The position numbers and the translations under genes are program-made. Positions 1-9,465 of a stretch of 46,874 nucleotides of DNA are shown in pieces. This DNA comes from an uncultured Methanosarcinales archaeon (lineage in GTDB: Archaea; Nanobdellota; Nanobdellia; Woesearchaeales; CAYZNE01): the NCBI GenBank assembly GCA_964461035.1, contig CAYWRI010000010.1, positions 1-46,874 on the forward strand. The letters run 5' to 3'. Below the pieces are notes generated by a model that saw nothing but the letters and a program-made list of their open reading frames with translations, was not told the DNA's origin and ran no database searches. Numbering within the stretch: the stretch's first letter is position 1; the number at the start of each line of letters is the position of its first letter.

Positions 1-1
1 T

Positions 2-598
2 AAAACTCTTGCAAATATTGAAGGTGACTCAGATCGTCTTAAAGTAAAAATATCTTACAAAGCACAATATCTTGAACCATCTGATGACTTAGTTGTAAAT
101 GTGCTTCAAGATGCAATAGTTAAATATACTAATCAAATAATAAAACCCTTAGATCTTGAAAAATTATTTGAAAGAAGACTTGATGAATTATCTGGAGGAG
201 AACTTCAGAAAGTTGCAATAGCTGTTTGTCTTAGTAAAAATGCAGACATATTTCTTCTTGATGAGCCATCAGCATATCTTGATGTAGAGCAAAGATTATT
301 AGTCAGCAAAATAATAAGAGATATGGTTATTACATATAGTAAATCTGCACTTGTTGTTGATCATGATTTACTCTTTATTGATTATTTATCAGATAACTTA
401 ATTATATTCAAAGGCACTCCTGCAGTTCAAGGTCATGTAGATTCACCAACAACACTTGGAAAAGGGATGAAAGAATTTCTTAAAGATCTTAATATTTCTT
501 TCAGAAGAGATGAAGAAACATATCGTCCAAGAGCAAATAAATTAGATTCTCAGTTAGATAGAAAGCAAAAATCTGAAGGTAAATTGTATTATACTTAA
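2..598 (+). CDS. abcE1: ABCE1 (RNase L inhibitor / Rli1) ribosome-recycling ATPase, C-terminal part; 5' end lies outside the window
   Basis: The frame is open from nt 2. ABC signature LSGGELQKV is followed by Walker B FLLDEPSAYLD and a C-terminal tail typical of ABCE1. An upstream ORF 101..598 is listed in the track. Confidence 0.7.
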   Translation, partial: KTLANIEGDSDRLKVKISYKAQYLEPSDDLVVNVLQDAIVKYTNQIIKPLDLEKLFERRLDELSGGELQKVAIAVCLSKNADIFLLDEPSAYLDVEQRLLVSKIIRDMVITYSKSALVVDHDLLFIDYLSDNLIIFKGTPAVQGHVDSPTTLGKGMKEFLKDLNISFRRDEETYRPRANKLDSQLDRKQKSEGKLYYT

Positions 599-872
599 TA
601 CTTAGTTTTTTAGAATTATATTTATTATCTAATGTTTTATTTCATATTCCTAATAAATTTACTGTATTCTTTCCTTTTATGTCTCACATGTTACTGTTAA
701 TCTTGCAAGCTCTTAAAAAATTTTTTTGATAATTGAGGTTAGATTCTTTTTAATATTATTGATATCAAAAAGTTTTATTTATTAGTTATTGTTTACTTCT
801 TAGTAACAACTAATCAACTATTGTTTTTTAGTTAATATAAGTTAAGATATAAACTCAGGGAGGTTTTTTAAA

Positions 873-3512
873 ATGAGTAAAAGAATGATTGGTAAGCCTT
901 TTAAAAAGGTTAATTTTAGTAAAGTAAATAGTACGTTACCTTATGATATTAGAGATGCTAATATTGATTTAGGCGTAGGATTAAAACCCGATACATCTTT
1001 ACAAGCTTTTGCTAAAGGTGTTGGTGAAAGTGATATTAATGCGGGAGATGTTATTTTATATTCTTTAGGTGCTTCTGCTCTTGTTGGAACTGCAGCTATA
1101 GTTGCTGACAATATTTTAGGACATAATTCTCAACCAGGAGCGGGACATAATTCTATTGTTGCATCATATGTTAATGCAGATAGTGCTGTTAATAATGCTC
1201 AAGCTTTTTTTGTGAATAATGATATTAATTCTACTGTTGTTGGTACAACACCTATTGAGTCTTCTGATTTAGCAAAGGTTTGTAATAGTTATGATGTTGA
1301 TGTTAGTAGATTTAAGAATGATGTTAAGAAAGGTAGAAAGTTTGCTGTTGTTCATTCTAAAGATGGTGATGTCTTAGCTGTTTATAATAATAGAGGTACT
1401 AAGATTTTAAAAACTAAAGAATTATTAAAAAATGAATCTGGAACTATTGTTAAGAATATTGTTAATTATGCTGCAAATGTTTTTGAAAAAGGTTTAAATT
1501 TAATAACTCCATCTGCATGTGCAAAAGAAATTCCTTCAATTTCTTCAGGACAAAAAAAAGATGTAATGAATTTAATGCAATCTCCAAATAACGAAAAGAC
1601 TCAATTTATATTCAATGTTAAAACATTAGGTACTTTTCCAAATCAAAAATATGATTTTAGTAAGTTGGATGTTGAAGATTTTTATGCTGAAAATGGAATA
1701 AGTCTTTTATCTCTTTCTAAAACTGCACTTTCTTATGAAGAGGTTTGTGAAGAGAATAAAAATTTTTGGGTTCATACTAATCCTCTTGTAGGTGAAGCAA
1801 GTCCTGAAGATAAGAAATTTATTGATGGCTTAGTAAATATGGCTATGGATAATTATCAATTAAGTGAATTACCTAAAGTGGTTGATCAAGTAAAAAATGT
1901 TTTAAATTCCTCAAAATATTCTGATTTGGAGATTAAAGGAGTAGGATTTACGGATTTAGTTCATTCTGTTTATGTTGCCATCAATAAAGATGTTACTTTT
2001 GTAAATGCTGATAATGCTGAATCTGATGACACGCATAATATGTTCACAGAACCTGATCAAACAATTGTTGTGAATGATTCTGAGTTAAATAGGGTTTTAG
2101 CTTATAATTTAGATGATGCAACAAAATCATATTTGCATAATGACGCTGTTCAAAGTAAATTAAACCAAGCAGCTATAAAAAGTGTTGAGAAAGAAATTTT
2201 TAAACTTGAAGATTTGTTAGTTAATGATGTTGATAGTTTAGCTATAGTGCATGATAAAATTGGTGATATGAATGTTATAGTTGTAGAAAAAGATGATATT
2301 CAATATCAGGTTACTGCTGATAATGAAGGGAATACTTTGAGTTTTGTTGTCTTAAATGATACACTTTCAAAGTTTACTCATGTTATTAGTATAGGAACTC
2401 CAAATGAAGAAGATATGAAATCTTTTCAAGCATATAGTAATTTATTAAAGGATCTTTACAAACATGCCAGTCTTGCAGAAAAAAAGAATTCAGTAATTAA
2501 TTCTATGGGTTCAGAAAATGTTAATTCAAAATCAATAAAAGAAATAGTTGATTTAATTGATCCGTCTCATGGAGAAGTAACTGAAGTGGTTATGAATTTG
2601 AATTCGTCAGGAAATATTCCAAATCAAAAATTTGGGTTTGATAATTTATCTGTTCAAGATTACACTCCTGAACATGATGTGTGTAATTTATTGCTAGAAA
2701 AAGATTTCCTTTACTATGATCAATATTTTAATAAAGAAAATCAATCTTTATCTCTTTGTGCTGATTCCCTCTATATTGAGAATACTCAAGATATAATAAT
2801 AAACAAAAAAATTATTGATAATCTTGTGGATATTGCTATGGATGAATACCAATTGGAACAATTACCCTTCGTAGTTGAAAAAGTAAAAAATGTACTTTCT
2901 TCATTAGATTATTCAAATTTGATTGTTAATGATGTTACGTTTATTGGTAAATCTTTTCTTAATGTTAGTATTGATGATAATATTACTTTCGAAATTGGAT
3001 ATAATTCATCTACAGGTATTGGTAGAGGCTCTAATTCTGATGACAAATGGGGCGCTCAGAACATTACTATAACAGATCCTGAAAATAATAGAAAAATAAC
3101 TTATAATTTAGATGAAGCAACAAAAGCGTATATTCATAAAGATGGAATGAATGATGAGTTTGGTTCCAGAGCTGCTGATGCTTTTGGTAAAGAATATTCT
3201 AAACTAATGGATAAATTGAGTGATCCAAGTGATAGTTTATTTATCGTTCAGGATGAATCACCAAAGGGTATAAATTCTTTAATAATTGAAGATAGGAGTG
3301 CACAATATAGAATAGATGCTGATAGTGAAGGAAATGTATTTGCTTTTTATTTATTAGATAAATCTGTGTCCAAATATACTTTTGGAATTCATTTGAATTC
3401 TGAATGTAGAAAAAAAGCTGAAGGTCTCGATGAGTATTTCTTTGAAGTATATAAATTTGGAACACAAAGGCTTTATGATGATGCTGTAGAAGTAATGAAT
3501 AACAGAAATTAA
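873..3512 (+). CDS. Large (879 aa) soluble protein of unknown function with an internal ~325-aa tandem duplication
   Basis: A GGGAGG Shine-Dalgarno motif sits 8 nt upstream. Two divergent copies of the same module are visible in the translation: TFPNQKYDF...LVNMAMDNYQLSELPKVVDQVKNVL... against NIPNQKFGF...LVDIAMDEYQLEQLPFVVEKVKNVL.... No TM segment or signal peptide is obvious. Confidence 0.6.
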   Translation: MSKRMIGKPFKKVNFSKVNSTLPYDIRDANIDLGVGLKPDTSLQAFAKGVGESDINAGDVILYSLGASALVGTAAIVADNILGHNSQPGAGHNSIVASYVNADSAVNNAQAFFVNNDINSTVVGTTPIESSDLAKVCNSYDVDVSRFKNDVKKGRKFAVVHSKDGDVLAVYNNRGTKILKTKELLKNESGTIVKNIVNYAANVFEKGLNLITPSACAKEIPSISSGQKKDVMNLMQSPNNEKTQFIFNVKTLGTFPNQKYDFSKLDVEDFYAENGISLLSLSKTALSYEEVCEENKNFWVHTNPLVGEASPEDKKFIDGLVNMAMDNYQLSELPKVVDQVKNVLNSSKYSDLEIKGVGFTDLVHSVYVAINKDVTFVNADNAESDDTHNMFTEPDQTIVVNDSELNRVLAYNLDDATKSYLHNDAVQSKLNQAAIKSVEKEIFKLEDLLVNDVDSLAIVHDKIGDMNVIVVEKDDIQYQVTADNEGNTLSFVVLNDTLSKFTHVISIGTPNEEDMKSFQAYSNLLKDLYKHASLAEKKNSVINSMGSENVNSKSIKEIVDLIDPSHGEVTEVVMNLNSSGNIPNQKFGFDNLSVQDYTPEHDVCNLLLEKDFLYYDQYFNKENQSLSLCADSLYIENTQDIIINKKIIDNLVDIAMDEYQLEQLPFVVEKVKNVLSSLDYSNLIVNDVTFIGKSFLNVSIDDNITFEIGYNSSTGIGRGSNSDDKWGAQNITITDPENNRKITYNLDEATKAYIHKDGMNDEFGSRAADAFGKEYSKLMDKLSDPSDSLFIVQDESPKGINSLIIEDRSAQYRIDADSEGNVFAFYLLDKSVSKYTFGIHLNSECRKKAEGLDEYFFEVYKFGTQRLYDDAVEVMNNRN

Positions 3513-3513
3513 T

Positions 3514-3545
3514 TTTTTATTTTTTTATTTTTTTTATTATAAATG
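3514..3545 (+). terminator. Oligo-T run downstream of the 879-aa gene (archaeal-type terminator)
   Basis: The sequence tttttatttttttattttttttatt lies immediately after the stop codon. Confidence 0.4.
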
Positions 3546-3594
3546 TGCTTTTCTAACATAACCTTTTTAAAATGTATAGTTAATCTCAATTATT

Positions 3595-4005
3595 ATGAAT
3601 AAATTATATAGTTTAGAACTTAATAAAGATAATGCGAATAAAGAGATTACCAAAAAGAAAGTTTTAGGATTATATGAATTTGTGAAAATTAATGGTAAAA
3701 AAGTTCTTGCAAGAATAGATTCAGGTGCAGTTAAGAGTTCAATAGATATTGAACTTGCAGCAGAATTGAGCTTAGGGCCAATAATTGGTTCCAGAATAAT
3801 AAGAAATGCTCATGGAACAACGCACAGATCTTTAGTTGAAGTAGATATTGAATTATGTAGAAAAAAAGTAAAAGCTAAATTTACTCTTCAAAGTAGAAAA
3901 GAAATGAAATTTAAAGTGTTAATAGGACAAAATGTTCTAATACATAATTTTATTATTGATCCTCAGAAGAATATACTCATAAAGCATAAAAAGGTAAAAA
4001 AATGA
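3595..4005 (+). CDS. RimK-associated retropepsin-like aspartic protease domain protein (the family is annotated as 'ATP-dependent zinc protease')
   Basis: DSGA motif in ARIDSGAVKSSIDIELA. Size is ~136 aa. The stop overlaps the start of the downstream RimK gene (ATGA). This domain is known to be adjacent to rimK. Confidence 0.5.
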   Translation: MNKLYSLELNKDNANKEITKKKVLGLYEFVKINGKKVLARIDSGAVKSSIDIELAAELSLGPIIGSRIIRNAHGTTHRSLVEVDIELCRKKVKAKFTLQSRKEMKFKVLIGQNVLIHNFIIDPQKNILIKHKKVKK

Positions 4006-5090
4006 AAGCAGCATTAATAAGTTTAGGTAGTTTAAGTTCAACATGGACTGCTGACGCATTAAGGAAATACTTTGATGAAGTCGATGAAATAAATCTTAAA
4101 GAAATTGAAATAAGTTTTACTGGAAAAAATCAATTAATACTTTACAGAGAAAAACCTCTTAAAAAATATGATGCAATTTATGCCAAAGGTTCATTTAGAT
4201 ATGCTAATCTTTTATCTGCATTAACAAGTATGCTTTCAAAGGAATGTTATATGCCTTTAACAGCATCTTCATTCACTAAAGCTCATGATAAACTTTTAAC
4301 TCAACTAAGATTAAATGCTGAAAATATTCCCATGCCTGAAACATTTTTAACAACCACTATTGATGCTGCTAAGAAAATACTAAAAAAAATGCAATATCCC
4401 ATAATAATGAAATTTCCTAAAGGAACACAGGGAAAAGGAGTTATGTTTGCAGATTCTTATGCAAGTGCTTCATCAATACTTGATGCACTTAATGTATTAA
4501 AACAACCAGTCATATTACAAGAATATGTAGAAACTGATTCTACTGATTTAAGAGTAATTGTTGTTGGTGGTAAAGTTGTTGCAGCATACAAAAGACTTGG
4601 TTCAATATATGAAAAAAGAGCTAATATTCATCAAGGCGGTGTTGGTAAACCTGTTGAATTAGATAATTATACTAAATCTATTGCGATTCAAGCAGCACAA
4701 GCATTAAAAGTCGATATTTGTGGTGTTGATATATTAGAAAGTTCAAGAGGTCCTCTTGTAATAGAAGTAAATCTTAGTCCTGGGCTTCAAGGTGTTACTA
4801 AATATACAAAAATAGATGTTGCAGATAAAATTGCAGAATTTATGTACGAAAAAGCAAAATGCATTAAAAAAGAAGATACTCAAAAAAAGACAAAGTCTTT
4901 ACTTATTGATTTAGGTATTGAAGACACAATTAAAGAATCTAAAGAATATGAAGAATTAATAACAAACTTAGAATTTAGAGGTGTAAGAATTCTTCTTCCA
5001 GAAGTTTTAACAAATAAAACAAAGTTTAATGATAAAACTGATGTGGTCTTTAAATTTAAAGAAAACTCTTTGATAATTGAAAAATTTTAG
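4002..5090 (+). CDS. rimK: RimK-family ATP-grasp ligase (alpha-L-glutamate ligase-like)
   Basis: ATP-grasp layout: N-terminal pre-ATP-grasp domain, then a K-rich ATP-binding region (IIMKFPKGTQGKGV), then LQEYVE and the DLRVIVVGG...VNLSPG motifs. Confidence 0.65.
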   Translation: MKAALISLGSLSSTWTADALRKYFDEVDEINLKEIEISFTGKNQLILYREKPLKKYDAIYAKGSFRYANLLSALTSMLSKECYMPLTASSFTKAHDKLLTQLRLNAENIPMPETFLTTTIDAAKKILKKMQYPIIMKFPKGTQGKGVMFADSYASASSILDALNVLKQPVILQEYVETDSTDLRVIVVGGKVVAAYKRLGSIYEKRANIHQGGVGKPVELDNYTKSIAIQAAQALKVDICGVDILESSRGPLVIEVNLSPGLQGVTKYTKIDVADKIAEFMYEKAKCIKKEDTQKKTKSLLIDLGIEDTIKESKEYEELITNLEFRGVRILLPEVLTNKTKFNDKTDVVFKFKENSLIIEKF

Positions 5091-5533
5091 ATTTTTTGTT
5101 TAATAAAATTGCTTATTGCTTTATTCACTTTTATATTTTCTAAACCTGAATAAAATTCTTGGTCAGTAGCAAGAAATTCAAATTGTATGGATTCAATTTT
5201 TTTCTCCATTGCATTAAGTTCTTGTTTTTTCACAGTATTTCTAAAATTTTTCACAATCAATAAAAATGTTATTTTAAGTTGCTCTAAATTTTCATTTAAA
5301 CTTATAAGTTCTTGTTTTATTAAACTAAGATCTTGAGTTATTGCTAAATCAGATTCTTCTAGTTGACAATCTCTTTGCTCTTGTCTAATATCATGAATCT
5401 GAGCTTGTTTTTCAATATTAGTTAATGCTTTAAGATTAAATGTGTGTAGTGTATTTAATTCTTCTTGAGATAAATGAATCTGATTAGTATTATCTTTTGC
5501 ACTGTTCATATTAGTTTTAGTTGTAATTTCCAT
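5087..5533 (-). CDS. Hypothetical coiled-coil protein
   Basis: 148-aa ORF with heptad-like E/K/L-rich sequence; no recognizable domain. Confidence 0.35.
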   Translation of the reverse strand: MEITTKTNMNSAKDNTNQIHLSQEELNTLHTFNLKALTNIEKQAQIHDIRQEQRDCQLEESDLAITQDLSLIKQELISLNENLEQLKITFLLIVKNFRNTVKKQELNAMEKKIESIQFEFLATDQEFYSGLENIKVNKAISNFIKQKI

Positions 5534-5639
5534 TTCAGATAATTTTTTTGATTAAACAATGCACTATTTAATTCAATTAATGCACCATTTCTCATAATTA
5601 ATATTAACATTTATAAATTTATATCCATTTTAGAGTATT

Positions 5640-6785
5640 ATGAAATCAGAAACAAGTGCTTTGGATTTATTCTTTATCACAAAAGAGCTTCAAATACTAA
5701 AAGATGGAAAACTTGAAAAAGTATTTCATAATAAAGATAAAAAAACTGAAATAGTTTTCAGGATATACGCAAATCAGCATGGAACTAAACTTTTGAGAAT
5801 TGCTTTACCTAATTATATTTATCTAAGTCAATATAAAAGTGATTTTGAACAGCACCCTTCAGGTTTCGCAATGTTTCTAAGAAAGCATCTAAAAAATGCA
5901 AGAATAAAAAATATAACTCAGCACAACTTGGACAGAATTCTTGTAATAGATTTTGAAACTAAAAAAGATGATAAATTTCAAATTAAACAATTATTAATTG
6001 AATTATTTTCAGGGGGAAATGTTGTGCTCATTGATTCTTCTTTTAAAATAATGGGCTTATTAAATTCAGTTAGAAAGCAAGATAGAACAATTTTGCCAGG
6101 TAAACAATATTCTTTTCCTGATAAAAAAATAAATCCTCTACTTGATGAAACTTCAATAATTGAACAAGTATTGAAAAAAAGTGATAAAGAATCAATAATA
6201 AAAGCAATAGCAATAGACTTTAGCTTAGGTGGAGAATATGCTGAACTTATTTGCAGAGAAAGTAAAGTTGATAAAAATAAAAAAATATCTGAACTTTCAC
6301 AAGAGGATTTTCAAAAAATAATAAATTTCATAAAATCTTTGACAAATATCACTCCAAAAGGATTTATTTATGAAAAATCGATAAAACCATTAAAAGATTC
6401 AGATGAAAAAATTATTGAAAAATATGAGACATTTTGTCAAGCCATAGACGATTCTGTCACAGAAAAAAAATATTCGGAAGAAAAATCATTACATCAAAAC
6501 ATAAGTGATAAAAAAATAAGCAGAATTGACAATGTTCTAAACAAACAAGAAGAAATGATTAAAAAAATTCTGTCTGATTATGAAGATAATAATAAAAAAG
6601 GAGAGTTAATATATAATGAATATCAAGATATAAAACTACTTCTTGATAAAATTAATAATCTAAAAAAGAAAAATTTAACTTGGAATCAAATAAAATCTGC
6701 TCTTGAAAATAATAAATTAAAACATGTTATAAATGAAAAGAAGAATGAGATAATTATTGAAATAGAAGATCAACCAATTGAATAA
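5640..6785 (+). CDS. NFACT-N domain protein (Rqc2/NEMF/FbpA-family N-terminal module) with a coiled-coil tail; lacks the usual NFACT-R/DUF814 part
   Basis: The N-terminus reads SALDLFFITKELQ...KLEKVFH...PSGFAMFLRKHLKNARIKNITQHNLDRILVIDFE. This matches the conserved NFACT-N pattern, including PSGFxMxLRKxL. Confidence 0.6.
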   Translation: MKSETSALDLFFITKELQILKDGKLEKVFHNKDKKTEIVFRIYANQHGTKLLRIALPNYIYLSQYKSDFEQHPSGFAMFLRKHLKNARIKNITQHNLDRILVIDFETKKDDKFQIKQLLIELFSGGNVVLIDSSFKIMGLLNSVRKQDRTILPGKQYSFPDKKINPLLDETSIIEQVLKKSDKESIIKAIAIDFSLGGEYAELICRESKVDKNKKISELSQEDFQKIINFIKSLTNITPKGFIYEKSIKPLKDSDEKIIEKYETFCQAIDDSVTEKKYSEEKSLHQNISDKKISRIDNVLNKQEEMIKKILSDYEDNNKKGELIYNEYQDIKLLLDKINNLKKKNLTWNQIKSALENNKLKHVINEKKNEIIIEIEDQPIE

Positions 6786-6810
6786 AAAGGTTAATATTAA
6801 GAGAAATAGA

Positions 6811-7707
6811 ATGAAACTAGAAGAAAGATATAAAAAATTAAGACCTGATTTTGACATTGAAGCATGTCCTGATAATTCAGAAATACGAAATGTTTTAAGA
6901 ATTAATACTTTAAAAATATCTGAAGAAAAATGTTTAAATAGATTAAAAAAGCAAGGTGTAAAACTTAAAAAAGTAGATTTTCTTCCTCATGCATATAAAT
7001 ATGAATCAGAGTTTTCTCTCGCTTCAACAACAGAATATGCTCTTGGACATTTTTATTTACAAGAAGCAGCTTCTCAAATACCTGCGTTAATTCTAAATCC
7101 GAACAAAACAGACATTGTTCTTGATATGTGTTCTGCACCAGGAAGCAAAACATCACAGTTAAGCCAATTAATGAATAATAAAGGTGTTATTTTTGCATTT
7201 GATGATAGTTCAGGAAGATTGAAAGCATTAAGAAGTAATTTGTTAAGATGTGGTTGCAAAAACGTTATTGTTTATACAAAAGATGCAAGATTTATTTCTG
7301 ATTATAATATAAAATATGATAAAATATTGCTTGATGTACCTTGTTCTGGAAATTTTGCAATAGATCCTGAATTTTTTGAAAAAAGAACTCTTTTTAGTTT
7401 TAAAGATAGAGCAATATTACAAAAAGAATTACTTAGAGCAGCACATAAAGTTTTGAAAAAAGGTGGAAATTTAATTTATAGTACTTGTTCTTTAGAACCT
7501 GAAGAAAATGAAGAAGTAATTGATTGGTTTTTAAGAAAATATGAAGATATTTCTATTGAAAAAATAGAAATAAAAATACCTAAATCTTCAAAAGGCTTAA
7601 TAAAAGTATTTGGTAAAGACCTTAATTCAGAACTTGAAAAATGTATGCGAATTTGGCCTGATTCAGGAATGCAAGGTTTCTTTGTTGCAAAATTGGTGAA
7701 GAAATAA
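6811..7707 (+). CDS. NOL1/NOP2/Sun-family RNA m5C methyltransferase
   Basis: SAM motifs DMCSAPGSKT (motif I), ILLDVPCSGN (motif IV, catalytic PC) and GGNLIYSTCSLEPEENE (motif VI, TC). The ORF track begins at a TTG at 6778 that overlaps the upstream gene; the ATG at 6811 is preferred. Confidence 0.75.
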   Translation: MKLEERYKKLRPDFDIEACPDNSEIRNVLRINTLKISEEKCLNRLKKQGVKLKKVDFLPHAYKYESEFSLASTTEYALGHFYLQEAASQIPALILNPNKTDIVLDMCSAPGSKTSQLSQLMNNKGVIFAFDDSSGRLKALRSNLLRCGCKNVIVYTKDARFISDYNIKYDKILLDVPCSGNFAIDPEFFEKRTLFSFKDRAILQKELLRAAHKVLKKGGNLIYSTCSLEPEENEEVIDWFLRKYEDISIEKIEIKIPKSSKGLIKVFGKDLNSELEKCMRIWPDSGMQGFFVAKLVKK

Positions 7708-7713
7708 ACTTAA

Positions 7714-8301
7714 TTATTTATACCATACACTTTGGTCTCTTTGACTTTCTCCACCCATTTCTATTACCTTAAATAATGCCTTTTGTCTGTCGATAAATTT
7801 TATTTCTTCTCCTTTATTTAAGAAAAAAAGTTTAGCAATATATGTTTCGTATGATACGTTGCTTGTTATAAACACTTTACCACCTATATCGTGAACATAA
7901 TTTATTACATCTTTAATTAATTGTGGCTCTTTACCAATTGTTTCTGATAAATCATCAATTATGAAATAGGGTGTTCCGTTTTTAGTTATATTTGTTTGAT
8001 TTCTTGTTAGTTTCGAGCAATTAATATAATTAGTCCGAATTCCAGCCATTGTTAATTCTTTTGCTATTCCTATTGCAATATGCGTTTTACCAACTCCTGC
8101 AGGGCCATAAGCCCAAATTCCTGCATTAGTTCCTTCATCTAATTTTATAAACTTCCTAGCTGTGTCTAATAAGTCTTTTTGCCCTTCATTCTTAGGATGG
8201 TAGTTATTCAATGTAGAACAAGTGTTTTCAATAGGAATATCAGGGTACTTTCGTATAAATTCAATATCTCCTATTAAATCTTGTAATCTTTTCTCAGACA
8301 T
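7714..8301 (-). CDS. IstB/DnaC-like AAA+ ATPase; the reading frame stays open ~40 codons upstream of the ATG without an ATG, so it may be a remnant
   Basis: FIKLDEGTNAGIWAYGPAGVGKTHIAIGIAKEL is Walker A in an IstB-like context. YFIIDDLSE is Walker B. VFITSNVSYETY matches the IstB 'TIITSN' box. Confidence 0.5.
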   Translation of the reverse strand: MSEKRLQDLIGDIEFIRKYPDIPIENTCSTLNNYHPKNEGQKDLLDTARKFIKLDEGTNAGIWAYGPAGVGKTHIAIGIAKELTMAGIRTNYINCSKLTRNQTNITKNGTPYFIIDDLSETIGKEPQLIKDVINYVHDIGGKVFITSNVSYETYIAKLFFLNKGEEIKFIDRQKALFKVIEMGGESQRDQSVWYK

Positions 8302-8609
8302 ACGGTTTACAACAATATGATTTTCAACTATGTGCGTATTGCGAAAATATTTTTTTATCTCAATAAGTCTTTGAGGTGTTAATATTTCAGGATTAAATAG
8401 AATACTGCATTTTGAAGGAAATTATGTTTATGTTTATAAATTTTTCTACATTAACTACTTTTTAATGATTACAAGTTTTTCTAGATTTCGGAATCAATGC
8501 AAAATCTTACAAATTTTTAAATAATTTTTATCTTTCTCATTTACAACATCAAAATGTAGTATGTGATTAATATTGATTTAAATTATATGAAAGTTCTATG
8601 ATAAAACAT

Positions 8610-8954
8610 TTACACATTAACATTTCTTTTCTTTGTTTCAGAATGTAATTTTGCAAGTGCTGCTTGAAATTCTTCTTCTGTAGCTTGATTTCCTTTGAGA
8701 CATTCTTCATCTTTGTCTTTCCAGTAAATCAAATTATTCATATTTTTACGAGTAATACGTTCAGCCAACGTTTTATCTACATCTGGAACAGAGTTCATAA
8801 AGAAATATACTCCTCCTTCAAAAATTTCTTTGCAACTTTTAATACTTTTATCAGCCTTAATGCAGTAATTACATACAGGTCCTTGTACGGTTTCAACACC
8901 AATATCTTCTTTTTTCGTTAGTGGCATGCCACAAGTTATGCAGTGAGTTTCCAT
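8610..8954 (-). CDS. Zinc-ribbon domain protein (N-terminal CxxC...CxxC)
   Basis: METHCITCGMPL...GPVCNYC is a four-Cys ribbon at the N-terminus; the rest is helical. Confidence 0.4.
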   Translation of the reverse strand: METHCITCGMPLTKKEDIGVETVQGPVCNYCIKADKSIKSCKEIFEGGVYFFMNSVPDVDKTLAERITRKNMNNLIYWKDKDEECLKGNQATEEEFQAALAKLHSETKKRNVNV

Positions 8955-9182
8955 AGTGAAATTTAATTCAGTATTAAATATAAACTTTACGATTTATATG
9001 TGTTGCTCCTTAGAATATTTATAAAAAACAATATTAATTTTACAAACAATTCTAAAAAATTCGAATTAAATCAGAAAAAAACAAGTTTTTCTTAAGAAAT
9101 GTATTTGAAGATTTTTGCATTACTTGTGTTTAACAGATTTTGTTAATAATCCTTAATGTTAGCAAAATTGGAGGTAATTTAA

Positions 9183-9437
9183 ATGGGATTAACTTATAAA
9201 AAAGAAGAACAGCTTAGGCAAATGCCTATAATAAGAAATGTGATAAGAAAAAGTAAGGATGGAAGATATCTGATCCATAAAGTAATTATGACAACAATAA
9301 GACCTATGGCTTATTACAAAGCGATACTGGACAATTCTGTGGTTGTAGATGAAGAAGATGTAACGGGGAGTCTGGCAGAATACTTTGAAAAGAATCCAAA
9401 TGCTAAAATAGATGTTAAATCTGCTTCAGAGATTTAA
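9183..9437 (+). CDS. Small hypothetical protein (84 aa)
   Basis: A GGAGG Shine-Dalgarno motif lies 7 nt upstream of the ATG. No recognizable domain. Confidence 0.35.
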   Translation: MGLTYKKEEQLRQMPIIRNVIRKSKDGRYLIHKVIMTTIRPMAYYKAILDNSVVVDEEDVTGSLAEYFEKNPNAKIDVKSASEI

Positions 9438-9465
9438 TTTAAATATTAAAAAGAAAATAATTTTT
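9438..9465. terminator. Bidirectional T/A-run region between convergent genes
   Basis: The sequence ttaatttaaatattaaaaagaaaataatttttttattttttatttttt lies between the stop of 9183..9437 (+) and the stop of 9466..10674 (-). Confidence 0.3.

Noticed and set aside
3241-3465. Antisense ORFs listed in the track (3241-3465, 6965-7259, 8664-8921, 10499-10681, 11110-11463, 11969-12193, 13834-14022, 14552-14878, 15109-15300, 17240-17650, 20568-20774, 21577-21915, 26431-26904, 27162-27350, 29433-29699, 31440-31724, 35200-35397, 35824-36141, 36570-37184, 38632-38949, 39408-39683, 44942-45148)
   Set aside because: Each lies inside or opposite a longer ORF with clear homology motifs. Their translations are low-complexity F/L/I/K-rich shadows typical of AT-rich DNA.
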